A DNA stretch of 59,159 nucleotides from Clostridia bacterium (GCA_036804025.1 DAIRTE010000004.1:1-59159), one strand, 5' to 3'. Positions 1 through 8,351 are shown, counted from the first letter of the stretch. The notes: a model not told the origin generated them from the letters alone. Numbers and translations are program-made.

Positions 1-10
1 ACGAATCGCG

Positions 11-41
11 TAAAACAGAACCCCGCCTTCCAGCGGGGTTC
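11..41 (-). terminator. Rho-independent terminator downstream of the LRR-kinase gene
   Basis: On the minus strand, hairpin GAACCCCGC-TGGAAG-GCGGGGTTC (18..41) is followed by TGTTTTA (11..17), about 25 nt past the stop at 67..69. Confidence 0.7.
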
Positions 42-66
42 CTTGCGTAAGACTCGATTGCTATCT

Positions 67-2007
67 CTATAAAACCGAAATCTTGAAATTGACCGTTTCT
101 CCAGTGGCCTCAATAGCTTCCTTCTGGGGTGCTTTGCAGAACAGTTCGCTGAGATTCGGAATCAGAAAGATTGCGGAGTAGTCCTCCAACTGCTGCGAAA
201 CGATGTCCAGCGTGGTCAACTTTGATAATTGCGCCAACGGCGTAAGGTCAATGTCCGGCGCGCAGAACACCAACAGATAGTTGAGCTGCGACAACGCTTC
301 AATGCCTTCCAGACTCGTAAACTGCGTGTCGAATATCGACAGTCTCGTGAGATTTGTTAATTTCAGAAAAGGCTTGAAATCGGGCGCCGATCCTCGATAA
401 TCCAGCGAGGTGAGCGAGGCAACCTGCGAGATGGTGTTGAGCTGCCGCTCGCCGACGTTGGAAACCGAAAGACTCTCCAAAGATGGCATGCCGGTCAGCA
501 ACGAATAGTCGTCGCAAAGCGAATCCTTGAGATACAGCGAGCGGAGCTCTAGACGCGCGATGGGCGAGAGATCCATCACACTGGTTCCGCTTACGTCGAG
601 TACGCGCAGGAGCGGGCACTCGCTGAGCGCGTTGATCTGCACCAACGGATTGTAGCCAACGTAGAGCTCGTTGAGATACGCCAGATCCTTCAGGGGCGAC
701 AGGTCGGAAATCTGGTTTCCGCCGAGCGCGAGGCGGGTGATCTGCATGCCGGTGAGCGGCGAAAGATCGGTAATGCTCTGATTGCACACGGCAAGATCGG
801 TCAAATTTCGAAATTTCGAAATATCCGCGAGCGTGCGAATCGTGCCGCTGGGGTCGGAAGTCCGATAGAGCGAGCGATACGTAATGTCGCTCCAATCCGG
901 GTATGTTTCCGTGCCAAAGAAGTAGAGCTTCGTGACCCGATCCAGATCGGCCTGCGTCAGCGGCGTTGTCGCGCTTATGCCGAGCTGGTTTCGCACAGCC
1001 TGTTCAATCTCCGGCGATTCAAACGTGACAACGGAGCTGGTTGCGACCGGGCTCGGTTTTGCGAGAGAAACGCTCGCTGCAACCGCCTGCTTTGAACTCC
1101 ATTGCTGCGGAAGCACGCCAACCGCGCCGAGCAGCAACGCGAGTCCAAATCCCGCCGCGAGGCCAACGCCCGTTCCGCGCAAAAACAACCGCTTGGGCAG
1201 CGATTGCGCCTTGGCGGCGAATCGCAAATCCGACTGCAATTGCCGGATGTTTGCGTACCGGCGCTCGGGATCAAACTGCGTGCAGGTTTCGATGACGCGC
1301 GCGAGCTTGCGGTTCTGCAGCGATGCTAAACCGTCCAGATCGTAGGAACCCGTACAGAAATAGAGCAACAGAACACCGGTGGAGTAGATGTCCGAGCGCT
1401 GATCGGTCTGCTTGTAGCCAAACTGTTCCGGCGCGGCGGTCGTTTGCGTGCCGAGGCAGACGGTGTCACTTCTGCGCTTGGGCTGGTAATGCCGCGCGGC
1501 GTCAAAGTCGATGAGCGCGAGCCCGTGCTCCCGCGTATAGATCAGGTTTTGCGGTTTGATGTCGCGATGGATCACCGGCGGATTCTGCCTATGCAGCATG
1601 CTCAACGTGTCGCAAAAACCGATCCCGATGCGAATCGTTTCCCGCTCGCTCAGCGGCCCGTATTGTTCGATATAGTCCGAAATGGGCGTGCCGGGGATAT
1701 AGCCGCGCAGAAAATACTCCGTGTGATCGTCCGCCTGATATAAAAGCGCTTTCGGAAACACCGGCGAATCCAGCGCGTCGAGGATTTGATACTCCCCAAG
1801 CAGGTTTCGGCCTGCGCGCTTAGCGGCGACCTTGAGAATGCTGAGCGAGCCGTCCGCCTTGTTTTTTACCAGAAAAGTGGAGGACGCCTCCGATCCGTGC
1901 AGGCAATCTACAAGCGTATACTGCTTGGCAATGCTGGGCGGCAGTGAGACGGAAGAATCCAAAACGACCTGATAATCCGCGAGAAACGACGAAAGCAGAT
2001 CTTCCAT
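67..2007 (-). CDS. Membrane-spanning Ser/Thr protein kinase with extracellular leucine-rich-repeat (internalin-type) domain
   Basis: ORF 67..2148 trimmed to the ATG at 2007 (MEDLLSS) because the upstream gene stops at 2018. Kinase motifs HRDIKPQN, DFD (in place of DFG) and TTAAPE. One TM helix (GVGLAAGFGLALLLGAVGV). The C-terminal ~300 aa are ~22-residue repeats of the LxxLxLxxNxIxDLSPL type. Confidence 0.9.
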   Translation of the reverse strand: MEDLLSSFLADYQVVLDSSVSLPPSIAKQYTLVDCLHGSEASSTFLVKNKADGSLSILKVAAKRAGRNLLGEYQILDALDSPVFPKALLYQADDHTEYFLRGYIPGTPISDYIEQYGPLSERETIRIGIGFCDTLSMLHRQNPPVIHRDIKPQNLIYTREHGLALIDFDAARHYQPKRRSDTVCLGTQTTAAPEQFGYKQTDQRSDIYSTGVLLLYFCTGSYDLDGLASLQNRKLARVIETCTQFDPERRYANIRQLQSDLRFAAKAQSLPKRLFLRGTGVGLAAGFGLALLLGAVGVLPQQWSSKQAVAASVSLAKPSPVATSSVVTFESPEIEQAVRNQLGISATTPLTQADLDRVTKLYFFGTETYPDWSDITYRSLYRTSDPSGTIRTLADISKFRNLTDLAVCNQSITDLSPLTGMQITRLALGGNQISDLSPLKDLAYLNELYVGYNPLVQINALSECPLLRVLDVSGTSVMDLSPIARLELRSLYLKDSLCDDYSLLTGMPSLESLSVSNVGERQLNTISQVASLTSLDYRGSAPDFKPFLKLTNLTRLSIFDTQFTSLEGIEALSQLNYLLVFCAPDIDLTPLAQLSKLTTLDIVSQQLEDYSAIFLIPNLSELFCKAPQKEAIEATGETVNFKISVL

Positions 2008-2017
2008 AGCTTGCCCC

Positions 2018-2455
2018 TTAGCCCAAAAGTTTCTCGCCGATTTGCTCCAGCAGAATCTCGGCGTCGATGACGTTGGTTTGATGTTGTATGCAGTAGATGA
2101 GCGCGGCATCCCGGCGATTTCTCGGATAAAGCTCGCCGCGCTGCGCAATTTTCAGCAGCCGCTGCGTCTCGTTTATCGTTAAACCAATGCCGAGCGCGAG
2201 GCGAATCAGCGCGTTTCGGCTGGGGTTTCGATATCCATTGAGAATCTGATAGCCGAGGGAATAGTTCAGGTTGGCGGCTTCCAACGCGCTTTGCTTTGAA
2301 ATGTTGTGCTGGGTCAGCATCTGTTGCAGATAGGCGGGGGTGCTGATGGACGGCAGGTCCTCCTCGTGCGCGGTTAAAAATTCCTCCAGCTGCTGTGTGT
2401 TTTGCAACAGTTGAAACAGTTCCTCGGTTGAGGCGGATTTCTTTTTGACTGCCAT
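2018..2455 (-). CDS. XRE-family helix-turn-helix protein, translationally close-coupled to the kinase
   Basis: HTH segment ISKQSALEAANLNYSLGYQILNGYRNPSRNALIRLALGIGL. Start moved to the ATG at 2455 (MAVKKK), preceded by GGGGGGAGAA. The stop lies 10 nt before the kinase ATG. Confidence 0.8.
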   Translation of the reverse strand: MAVKKKSASTEELFQLLQNTQQLEEFLTAHEEDLPSISTPAYLQQMLTQHNISKQSALEAANLNYSLGYQILNGYRNPSRNALIRLALGIGLTINETQRLLKIAQRGELYPRNRRDAALIYCIQHQTNVIDAEILLEQIGEKLLG

Positions 2456-2492
2456 GCGATTCTCCCCCCGGATCATCTGCCGAACTATCGAG

Positions 2493-2522
2493 ATAGTAAC
2501 ATTCGCCTGTTTATAATGTCAA
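2493..2522 (-). promoter_or_regulatory. Sigma-A type promoter for the HTH-kinase operon
   Basis: Minus strand: TTGACA (2517..2522), 18 nt spacer, TACTAT (2493..2498) preceded by TGT (extended -10). Confidence 0.6.
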
Positions 2523-2642
2523 CACACGTATGCATACATTTTGGATATTTTACGCAATTTGCACACCGAAATCTTTTGAAAAGTTCTATTATAATAGGAT
2601 TACGCTGTTTTACTGGAATCAGAAGTTCAATAGGAAATAATC

Positions 2643-2687
2643 AAAAAGAAGACAACGCCCGGCAAGAGTTCGCCAGACGTTGTCTTC
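2643..2687 (-). terminator. Rho-independent terminator after the 226-aa Nudix-like gene
   Basis: Minus strand: GAAGACAACG ... CGTTGTCTTC long hairpin (with inner CTGGC/GCCGG pairing) followed by TTTTTGATTATTT. Confidence 0.75.
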
Positions 2688-2763
2688 CCTTGGTTGGTTC
2701 GCTGTGACAGTATCGTTACAAACGTATGCGTGGCGTTCTCTACCGAAGGATGCGGCGCTGCGT

Positions 2764-3444
2764 CTATGTCAACCAATAGACAACGCTCGCAAGATAGGGG
2801 CTGACGTCGTCCCGAAAGTTGTGAACGTAGCTCTTCCCCCGTTCCATGGCGCCTTCGAGCGTGCCGAAATACTCGTATGTCGCGTCGTAGCTCCACTCGT
2901 CCGACCCTGCATAGCTGCCCGCGCCCGGGGCGGACCAGGGATCGGTGATGTGGATCGTATAATTACGAATTCCGGTGTAGTGGTGAAGAATCTGCTCGAC
3001 AACGGCGGCGTCCACGGCGTACGTTGGGTCGCCCGCCTGCAAAGCATCGAGCAGGGTTTGCGCGTCAATCCAATCGAACCGATCGGACGGTGCGTTCTTC
3101 AGATACGGCGAATACTGCGCCATGCCCAGCAACAGGTACACGCGGCAGAGCTCCCGATTTGGCCCCGTCGGCAGGTCGAAGCAGAGCAGGCACTCTTCCG
3201 GCTGCGTTTGTTCCAACTGCTCCGCGAGAAGCCGCGGCAATGCCTGTTCAAACGATTCGGCGGACGCGACCCGACCCGCGCAAGGCACGTCGAGCCGACC
3301 CTGCGCCGATTCATCGTTGGCGACGCGCTGGCGCAGCATCAGGGAGAAGCGCCCGTTCTCCGAAATCTCGCTGACGTACCAAACCTGAACCTGCTCCAGC
3401 CGGTAGGTGGAATCATCTTGCAGTTGAGTATTTTTCTTTTCCAT
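2764..3444 (-). CDS. Hypothetical protein with degenerate Nudix box
   Basis: 226-aa ORF with RBS AAAGGGGA. The segment GRVASAESFEQALPRLLAEQLE fits Nudix spacing Gx5Ex7REUxEE, but reads RL and EQ where RE and EE are expected. The C-terminal half matched nothing I recognise. Confidence 0.7.
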   Translation of the reverse strand: MEKKNTQLQDDSTYRLEQVQVWYVSEISENGRFSLMLRQRVANDESAQGRLDVPCAGRVASAESFEQALPRLLAEQLEQTQPEECLLCFDLPTGPNRELCRVYLLLGMAQYSPYLKNAPSDRFDWIDAQTLLDALQAGDPTYAVDAAVVEQILHHYTGIRNYTIHITDPWSAPGAGSYAGSDEWSYDATYEYFGTLEGAMERGKSYVHNFRDDVSPYLASVVYWLT

Positions 3445-3473
3445 ACGAATCCCCTTTCGAGCGTGAAGACGCT

Positions 3474-4592
3474 CTATTCGAGCATGTCGAGCAGTTCCGG
3501 CTCCTCCGACAGGCGCTTGAGTACGCGTTTCAGCCCGTCGTTGGCCTGCTCCGGATGCGCATCAACCTGACGAATCAGCTCGCCGAGCCGCCAAAACCGC
3601 CCGACATACGTCCGCGAGACCGACTCGCCAATGGAGTCGATCCAGTCGTCCTTGATGCGCACTTCACCCGGAATGTTGAGCAAATGCTGCGTCCCGTTGG
3701 TGTAGCGACAGAAGAATACCCAGGAAATCTCGTTGTTCGTTCCCTCCGCGTGCGCGCCGCGGTAGCGGTCGGTAAACCAGAGCGAGAGGTTCTCCTCCGG
3801 CTGGCTCGGGCTGACCAGCTCGCGCGCCAACTCCCGCCGCGCACAGTTCCAGAGTACGGGGTCAACCGGAATCGGCTTTCCCGTGTAGGTACCTTCCGCG
3901 TCCGAAGCGCTGCCAATGAGAGGAAAGTCCTCCTCGCGGACATGGCCGCCGAGAACGTCCAGCGCGGAGGCAACGGGGGAGGAATCGTCTCCCGCGCCGA
4001 GTTTATCCGCCTTGTCAACCACGAGGAAGGCGGGCTCGCCGGTCTTCGGATCGCGCTTGTAGACGACCAGAATCGACGTTGGGTGCAGCAGCCCTGCCTC
4101 GTGGAGCGCGCGCTTGGTTGGGTAAAACGCGAGCACATTGCCCGCCTCGTCCAGCGACGGAATGCGCGTTCGTTCCGGCTCCGGCTTTTTCTTTTTACGA
4201 CGCTTGAGGCTTTCTCCAAGTAATTCGTCCAGCAGCAGCAAACCGCGTGCCTGACGCATGCGATTGTTAAACTGGTTTCGCATGCGCCGCGCCGAGACCT
4301 CCGGAATACCCATCTTCTGAGCAATCTCTTTGTCTTTCAGCCCGGCGAATACAAGGTAGAGATAGCTCTTCTCCTTGGCGGTGAAGGCAAACACGCTGTC
4401 CGCGTTCAGCAGCAGGTCGAACTTCTCCTGTCTGCCGTGGCGGCTCGCGTGCTTCTTTTGCTGGTCGGTGGGCATCCGTTCGCCGCAGTAAATACAGATT
4501 TTCGCGCCGGACGCCGTACTCGTATCTTCCGCCTCATCGCCGCGAAAGCCGCTTTCCAGAATGTGAGTGCTATCAAAGTCGTATATTTGCAT
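3474..4592 (-). CDS. Zn-ribbon + LuxR/sigma-70-region-4-type HTH + Nudix-like domain protein (putative ligand-sensing regulator)
   Basis: ORF 3474..4610 opens with GTG. The ATG at 4592 (MQIYDF) has GGAG 10 nt upstream; alternative starts are 4601 and 4610. CxxC...HxxxH motif (ICIYCGERM...HASRH). HTH: LKDKEIAQKMGIPEVSARRMRNQFNNRMRQA. Nudix-like: LDVLGGHVREED, ~23-aa insert, RRELAREL. Confidence 0.8.
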   Translation of the reverse strand: MQIYDFDSTHILESGFRGDEAEDTSTASGAKICIYCGERMPTDQQKKHASRHGRQEKFDLLLNADSVFAFTAKEKSYLYLVFAGLKDKEIAQKMGIPEVSARRMRNQFNNRMRQARGLLLLDELLGESLKRRKKKKPEPERTRIPSLDEAGNVLAFYPTKRALHEAGLLHPTSILVVYKRDPKTGEPAFLVVDKADKLGAGDDSSPVASALDVLGGHVREEDFPLIGSASDAEGTYTGKPIPVDPVLWNCARRELARELVSPSQPEENLSLWFTDRYRGAHAEGTNNEISWVFFCRYTNGTQHLLNIPGEVRIKDDWIDSIGESVSRTYVGRFWRLGELIRQVDAHPEQANDGLKRVLKRLSEEPELLDMLE

Positions 4593-4672
4593 AAAGTCCA
4601 TACTCCGCACTTAATATTCGCGATTTTTTAACGTTCATTAAATATTTCGTGTGTAAATTACCATTCTGCCTA

Positions 4673-4701
4673 TTGACAGGTTGTTCACCCCGTGCTACCA
4701 T
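4673..4701 (+). promoter_or_regulatory. Promoter of the 369-aa Nudix-like gene
   Basis: TTGACA (4673..4678), 17 nt spacer, TACCAT (4696..4701) preceded by TGC (extended -10). Confidence 0.65.
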
Positions 4702-4732
4702 TCGAATTAAGAAATGTTCACTCTGTATGATC

Positions 4733-4761
4733 ATTATAACAACGACATTCAATTCAGTCAA
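4733..4761 (-). promoter_or_regulatory. Promoter of the HTH-Nudix-like gene
   Basis: Minus strand: TTGACT (4756..4761), 17 nt spacer, TATAAT (4733..4738) preceded by TGT (extended -10). Confidence 0.7.
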
Positions 4762-4786
4762 CGTTTTCTTTTCTGGTTTCTTCTAT

Positions 4787-4816
4787 TAAAAACCATGCAC
4801 CTAAAAACCATGTACC
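4787..4816 (+). repeat. Tandem 15-nt direct repeat in the leader of the 369-aa Nudix-like gene
   Basis: TAAAAACCATGCACC (4787..4801) is followed immediately by TAAAAACCATGTACC (4802..4816), with one mismatch. Confidence 0.9.
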
Positions 4817-4861
4817 GCGCTGCCATCAGACGATGGCGCTACAGAAAGGGAGGAATGATCG

Positions 4862-5971
4862 ATGGAACACAATTCGAATTCGAACGACAACTTTGGGTAT
4901 AGCGGCGCATGCCAGCACCTGTTTGCGAGCAACTCCAACGGCAGCGGAACCGGGCGCGTCGAGGTTTGGTGCGTGCGCTGCGGCGAGCAGGAGATTTACT
5001 ACGACGACACCGGAACGGTGCTCTACAGCGAGCTGGACCCGGACTTCGACAACAGCCGCTATACCGGCGTGATCCATACGCTGGAGGAGCTGAACGACTC
5101 CATTCGCGGGAATCACTTTTGCGAGCGGTATGCGGACGAGCAGAACGTTTGCCTCGTCTGCGGCAAACAGTTGGAGCCCAAGGAACCGGAGAAACCGGTC
5201 ACGCCGCCTCCGCCGAAAGCCGTACCCGCCGAGAAACTGTACATCGTCCAGAAAACCAAGCAGGGCTACGAAATCTGCGGGCTGGAAAAGCGCTCCGTTG
5301 CCGAACAAAAAGGACTGCGTCACCTGACGGTAATCATCGTTCCGTTTGTGGCAAGCGGGCCGGAACAGGGGCGCTGGATTGTCCACGACCGCACCGCAAA
5401 ACTCTGGGCAAAGAAGAAGGCGGCGGGCGCCTCCGCGAGCCTGAACCTCTTTGGCGGGCATTGCTCCGCGGACGAGGGGGCGATCAACCGCATTGGTACG
5501 CTCGTAACCATGGATATCTTCGACGTTGCGGCCGAGCGTGAGCTGGAGGAGGAGCTGCTCCGGCGGGGTACCGGACACAAGCTGGAGGTTTGGGAGAATT
5601 CCGAAGGCGCTTCCGGCAGCCGCGAGGCGGCAAGGTACGCGCACCTGCCGTTGATCCCCGTGGGAATCGTGACCTACTCCAGCGCGAGCAACTGCGAGGC
5701 GAGCTATCTGTATGCGCTGCCCGTTCCGGCGGCGGATGTGGACGCACTGATCGCGGCGGATAACTACACGCGCGGCGGCGAGGAGCGCGACATCGCGCTG
5801 CCGATACTGCGCATGCACGAAGAAGAACTCCGTAAGCTACACAAGAACAATTCTGATGTGGAAATCTGCGACGCGATTTCGCGCCTCTGGCTTGGCGAGA
5901 ACCGAGCCGCGCACAAAAAACTACAGCGCATGATTCGGCACTACTGCGCCGACAAGCAGACGAAGAAGTAG
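4862..5971 (+). CDS. Double Zn-ribbon + Pro-rich linker + Nudix-like domain protein
   Basis: RBS AAGGGAGGA. CxxC pairs (WCVRCGE, CLVCGKQ). Linker PKEPEKPVTPPPPKAVP. Nudix-like LNLFGGHCSADEG, 13-aa insert, ERELEEELL (REUxEE retained). Paralogous to the C-terminal domain of 3474..4592. Confidence 0.8.
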   Translation: MEHNSNSNDNFGYSGACQHLFASNSNGSGTGRVEVWCVRCGEQEIYYDDTGTVLYSELDPDFDNSRYTGVIHTLEELNDSIRGNHFCERYADEQNVCLVCGKQLEPKEPEKPVTPPPPKAVPAEKLYIVQKTKQGYEICGLEKRSVAEQKGLRHLTVIIVPFVASGPEQGRWIVHDRTAKLWAKKKAAGASASLNLFGGHCSADEGAINRIGTLVTMDIFDVAAERELEEELLRRGTGHKLEVWENSEGASGSREAARYAHLPLIPVGIVTYSSASNCEASYLYALPVPAADVDALIAADNYTRGGEERDIALPILRMHEEELRKLHKNNSDVEICDAISRLWLGENRAAHKKLQRMIRHYCADKQTKK

Positions 5972-6021
5972 AGCTCTTTCGAAGCCGCCGACCGACAAAA
6001 CAAGAACAAGACGCATTTGTG

Positions 6022-6063
6022 CACCCGCGAACGGAATGGGTTCGCGGGTGTTTTGTTGTTTTT
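6022..6063 (+). terminator. Rho-independent terminator
   Basis: CACCCGCGAAC (6022..6032), loop, GTTCGCGGGTG (6040..6050), followed by TTTTGTTGTTTTT. Confidence 0.85.
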
Positions 6064-6096
6064 GGTTGTTTGGTTTTCCGAGAAAAAAATAGATGC

Positions 6097-6125
6097 TTGA
6101 CAAGCCGTTTGATGTTTGGTATAAA
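6097..6125 (+). promoter_or_regulatory. Promoter upstream of the MBL-hydrolase / mgl-like genes
   Basis: TTGACA (6097..6102), 17 nt spacer ending in TGG, TATAAA (6120..6125). Confidence 0.65.
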
Positions 6126-6220
6126 TGGGTTGTCAGTTAGAAAACGAAATTACGTAACATACTAATTCATCTAAAAACGATCCATCACAATCATTCAAAT
6201 TTACTCAAGCATTCGAATTC

Positions 6221-6246
6221 AGCATCCAGCACAAGCATCCAGCACA
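6221..6246 (+). repeat. Perfect tandem 13-nt duplication in a 5' leader
   Basis: AGCATCCAGCACA occurs at 6221..6233 and again at 6234..6246. Confidence 0.9.
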
Positions 6247-6297
6247 AATAGAAAAGCGATCCTCTTTCGATTCTGTTACACCGGAGCATAAACCTGC

Positions 6298-7137
6298 ATG
6301 CGCGAAGAAAACACAACCATACACGGGCTGCTCTACGGCAGCTGGCTGATTCGCCCGAACCTTTGGGTTCTCTCGAACGGATGGCAGAATTTTCAATATC
6401 TGTTCGTCGGGGAGCGTCAGGCGGTGCTGATCGATTCCGGATATGGCGAGGGAAACATCCGCGCGGTGGTGGAGGAGAAGACGAACCTTCCGGTCATGGT
6501 GATCAATACGCACGGGCACTTCGATCATACCGGCGGAAACGGCTGCTGGCCGAAAGCCTGGATGGGGGAAGCGTCGCAGCTCGACTGCAAGCACGGGTTT
6601 GCGCCGATTCACGAACAATGGGCCGCGCAGAAGCCGTTTCCCGACTACGAAACCGGTGTGCTCGCGGATGGAACGCGCATTGACCTCGGCAACGAGGTGC
6701 TCGAGATCCTCGCGATTCCCGCGCACCACGACGGCAGCATCGCGATTCTGGCACAGAAAAACCGTTTCCTCTTTACGGGGGACGAATTCGAGAGCGGACA
6801 GGTGCTGATTCTCAAGCGCCGCTCCGATCCGGACTTTCTGCCGACCATTATGCGACACCGCGCAAACGCCGAACGGCTGCTCGCCCGAAGGAGCGAATAC
6901 GACGCGCTGTTTCCGGCGCACAACGGCTACCTGCTCGACCCGGATTGTTACCTGAACGACTTTATCGCGCTGGACGGCGAAATTCTCGCGGGAACGGCGC
7001 AGGCACAGCCGAACACGGTGGGGTTCAATTTTCCGGCGGACGCGGTCGCCAGCGGCTCGGTGTTTGGCGTGTTTGGCAAACAGATTCGCGTTTGCCACGG
7101 CGCGGCATCGATCGTATATCGAGATGATTCGGAATAA
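6298..7137 (+). CDS. MBL-fold metallo-hydrolase
   Basis: HxHxDH motif in VINTHGHFDHTGGNG; later IPAHHDGS and FPAHNG. 279 aa. Confidence 0.9.
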   Translation: MREENTTIHGLLYGSWLIRPNLWVLSNGWQNFQYLFVGERQAVLIDSGYGEGNIRAVVEEKTNLPVMVINTHGHFDHTGGNGCWPKAWMGEASQLDCKHGFAPIHEQWAAQKPFPDYETGVLADGTRIDLGNEVLEILAIPAHHDGSIAILAQKNRFLFTGDEFESGQVLILKRRSDPDFLPTIMRHRANAERLLARRSEYDALFPAHNGYLLDPDCYLNDFIALDGEILAGTAQAQPNTVGFNFPADAVASGSVFGVFGKQIRVCHGAASIVYRDDSE

Positions 7138-7221
7138 AACCTGACCGCCGACGGCGAAGCAACACGTTTTCAAGCAGCCCGATTGACTGCTGAAATACAT
7201 CAAAAATGGAGGAGAAACCGA

Positions 7222-8337
7222 ATGAAGAAAATCGTAGCTCTGGTTCTGGTTCTTGCCTTGTGCCTGTCGATGGTCGCTTGCAAGGCGCAGGCGCCAGCCG
7301 CAAGCACCGAACCCGCCGCCACCGAAGCAGCCGCCGCGGAAGCAACCACTGCGCCCGAGGAAGCCGCTGCTCCCGAGACCAAACCCGCAACCGCAGGCGT
7401 CTGCTGGTACAACTTCGCCGATACGTTTATCTCCAGCGCGCGTCAAACGCTGGAAGACGCGGCGGACGGCAGCGGCTGGCTGACCCTCTCCTCTGCGGAC
7501 AGCGCGTTCGACGTGCCGACGCAGGCCAACAACGTCAACCTCTTCCTCACGCAGGACGTCGACTACCTGCTCGTCAACAACCTCGACACCGCAGGCACCG
7601 CCAACCTGATTCAGCAGGCCAAGGACGCCGGCAAGACCATCATCTTCCTCAACACGAACACCCCGACGGACGAAGAGTTTGCCATGTATGACAACGTATG
7701 GTTCATCTCCTCGCTGGCGGATCAGTCCGGCACGATCATGGGCAACTATGCCGCGAAGTACTGGCAGGAGCATCCCGAAGCGGATCGCAACGGCAACGGC
7801 ATGCTGGACTACGTGATGCTGATCGGTTTCGAATGGCACTACGACTCCCTCGCGCGCCGCGACTACTCGATCAAGGCCGTGGAAGACGCGGGCATCAAGA
7901 CCAACAAGGTCTACGAAGCGGTCTGCAACTACAGCCGTGCGGACGCGATGAACACGATGCAGTCGATTCTGACCTCCAATGCGGACGACGTGGAAGCCGT
8001 CTTTGCGGCGAACGACGACATGGCCCTCGGCGCAATCGAAGCCATGAAGGCAGCCGGTTGGTTCGACGACGACGGCCCGAAAATCCCGGTTTGCAGCGTA
8101 GACGCAACCGCGGTTGGCTGCGAAGCCCTCACGGAAGGCACGCTGCTCGGCACCGCGCTGAACAACCCGGTTACGCTCGGCAATCTGGCTTATCGCCTCA
8201 TGTACTGCTTGCAGAACGGACTCGAAGTGAACGCGGAGAACCTCAACTACGACGCGGGCTTCAAGGTAGAAGGCCACCGCATCTGGATTGACTACATCCC
8301 GATCGACGCGAGCAACGTCGCAGACGCAACGTACTAA
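7222..8337 (+). CDS. mglB: Galactose/methyl-galactoside-type ABC transporter substrate-binding lipoprotein
   Basis: Start trimmed to MKKIVALVLVLALCLSMVAC (lipobox), RBS GGAGGAG. Ala/Thr/Pro linker. Blocks collinear with E. coli MglB: AANDDMALGAIEAMKAAG, GTALNNP and the Ca-loop-like ADRNGNGMLDY. Confidence 0.85.
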   Translation: MKKIVALVLVLALCLSMVACKAQAPAASTEPAATEAAAAEATTAPEEAAAPETKPATAGVCWYNFADTFISSARQTLEDAADGSGWLTLSSADSAFDVPTQANNVNLFLTQDVDYLLVNNLDTAGTANLIQQAKDAGKTIIFLNTNTPTDEEFAMYDNVWFISSLADQSGTIMGNYAAKYWQEHPEADRNGNGMLDYVMLIGFEWHYDSLARRDYSIKAVEDAGIKTNKVYEAVCNYSRADAMNTMQSILTSNADDVEAVFAANDDMALGAIEAMKAAGWFDDDGPKIPVCSVDATAVGCEALTEGTLLGTALNNPVTLGNLAYRLMYCLQNGLEVNAENLNYDAGFKVEGHRIWIDYIPIDASNVADATY

Positions 8338-8351
8338 CGCCGTCTCCCTCC

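Noticed and set aside
6205-8277. Very long antisense ORFs: 690 aa at 6205..8277. Also 12031..13821, 52778..54733, 38888..40006, 21858..22955, 23687..24796, 4826..5818 and 58270..59151.
   Set aside because: Each lies opposite a gene with clear family motifs. Their translations are Arg/Ala/Gly/Val-rich low-complexity sequence with no motifs or RBS. This is the usual shadow-ORF artefact of GC-rich coding DNA.
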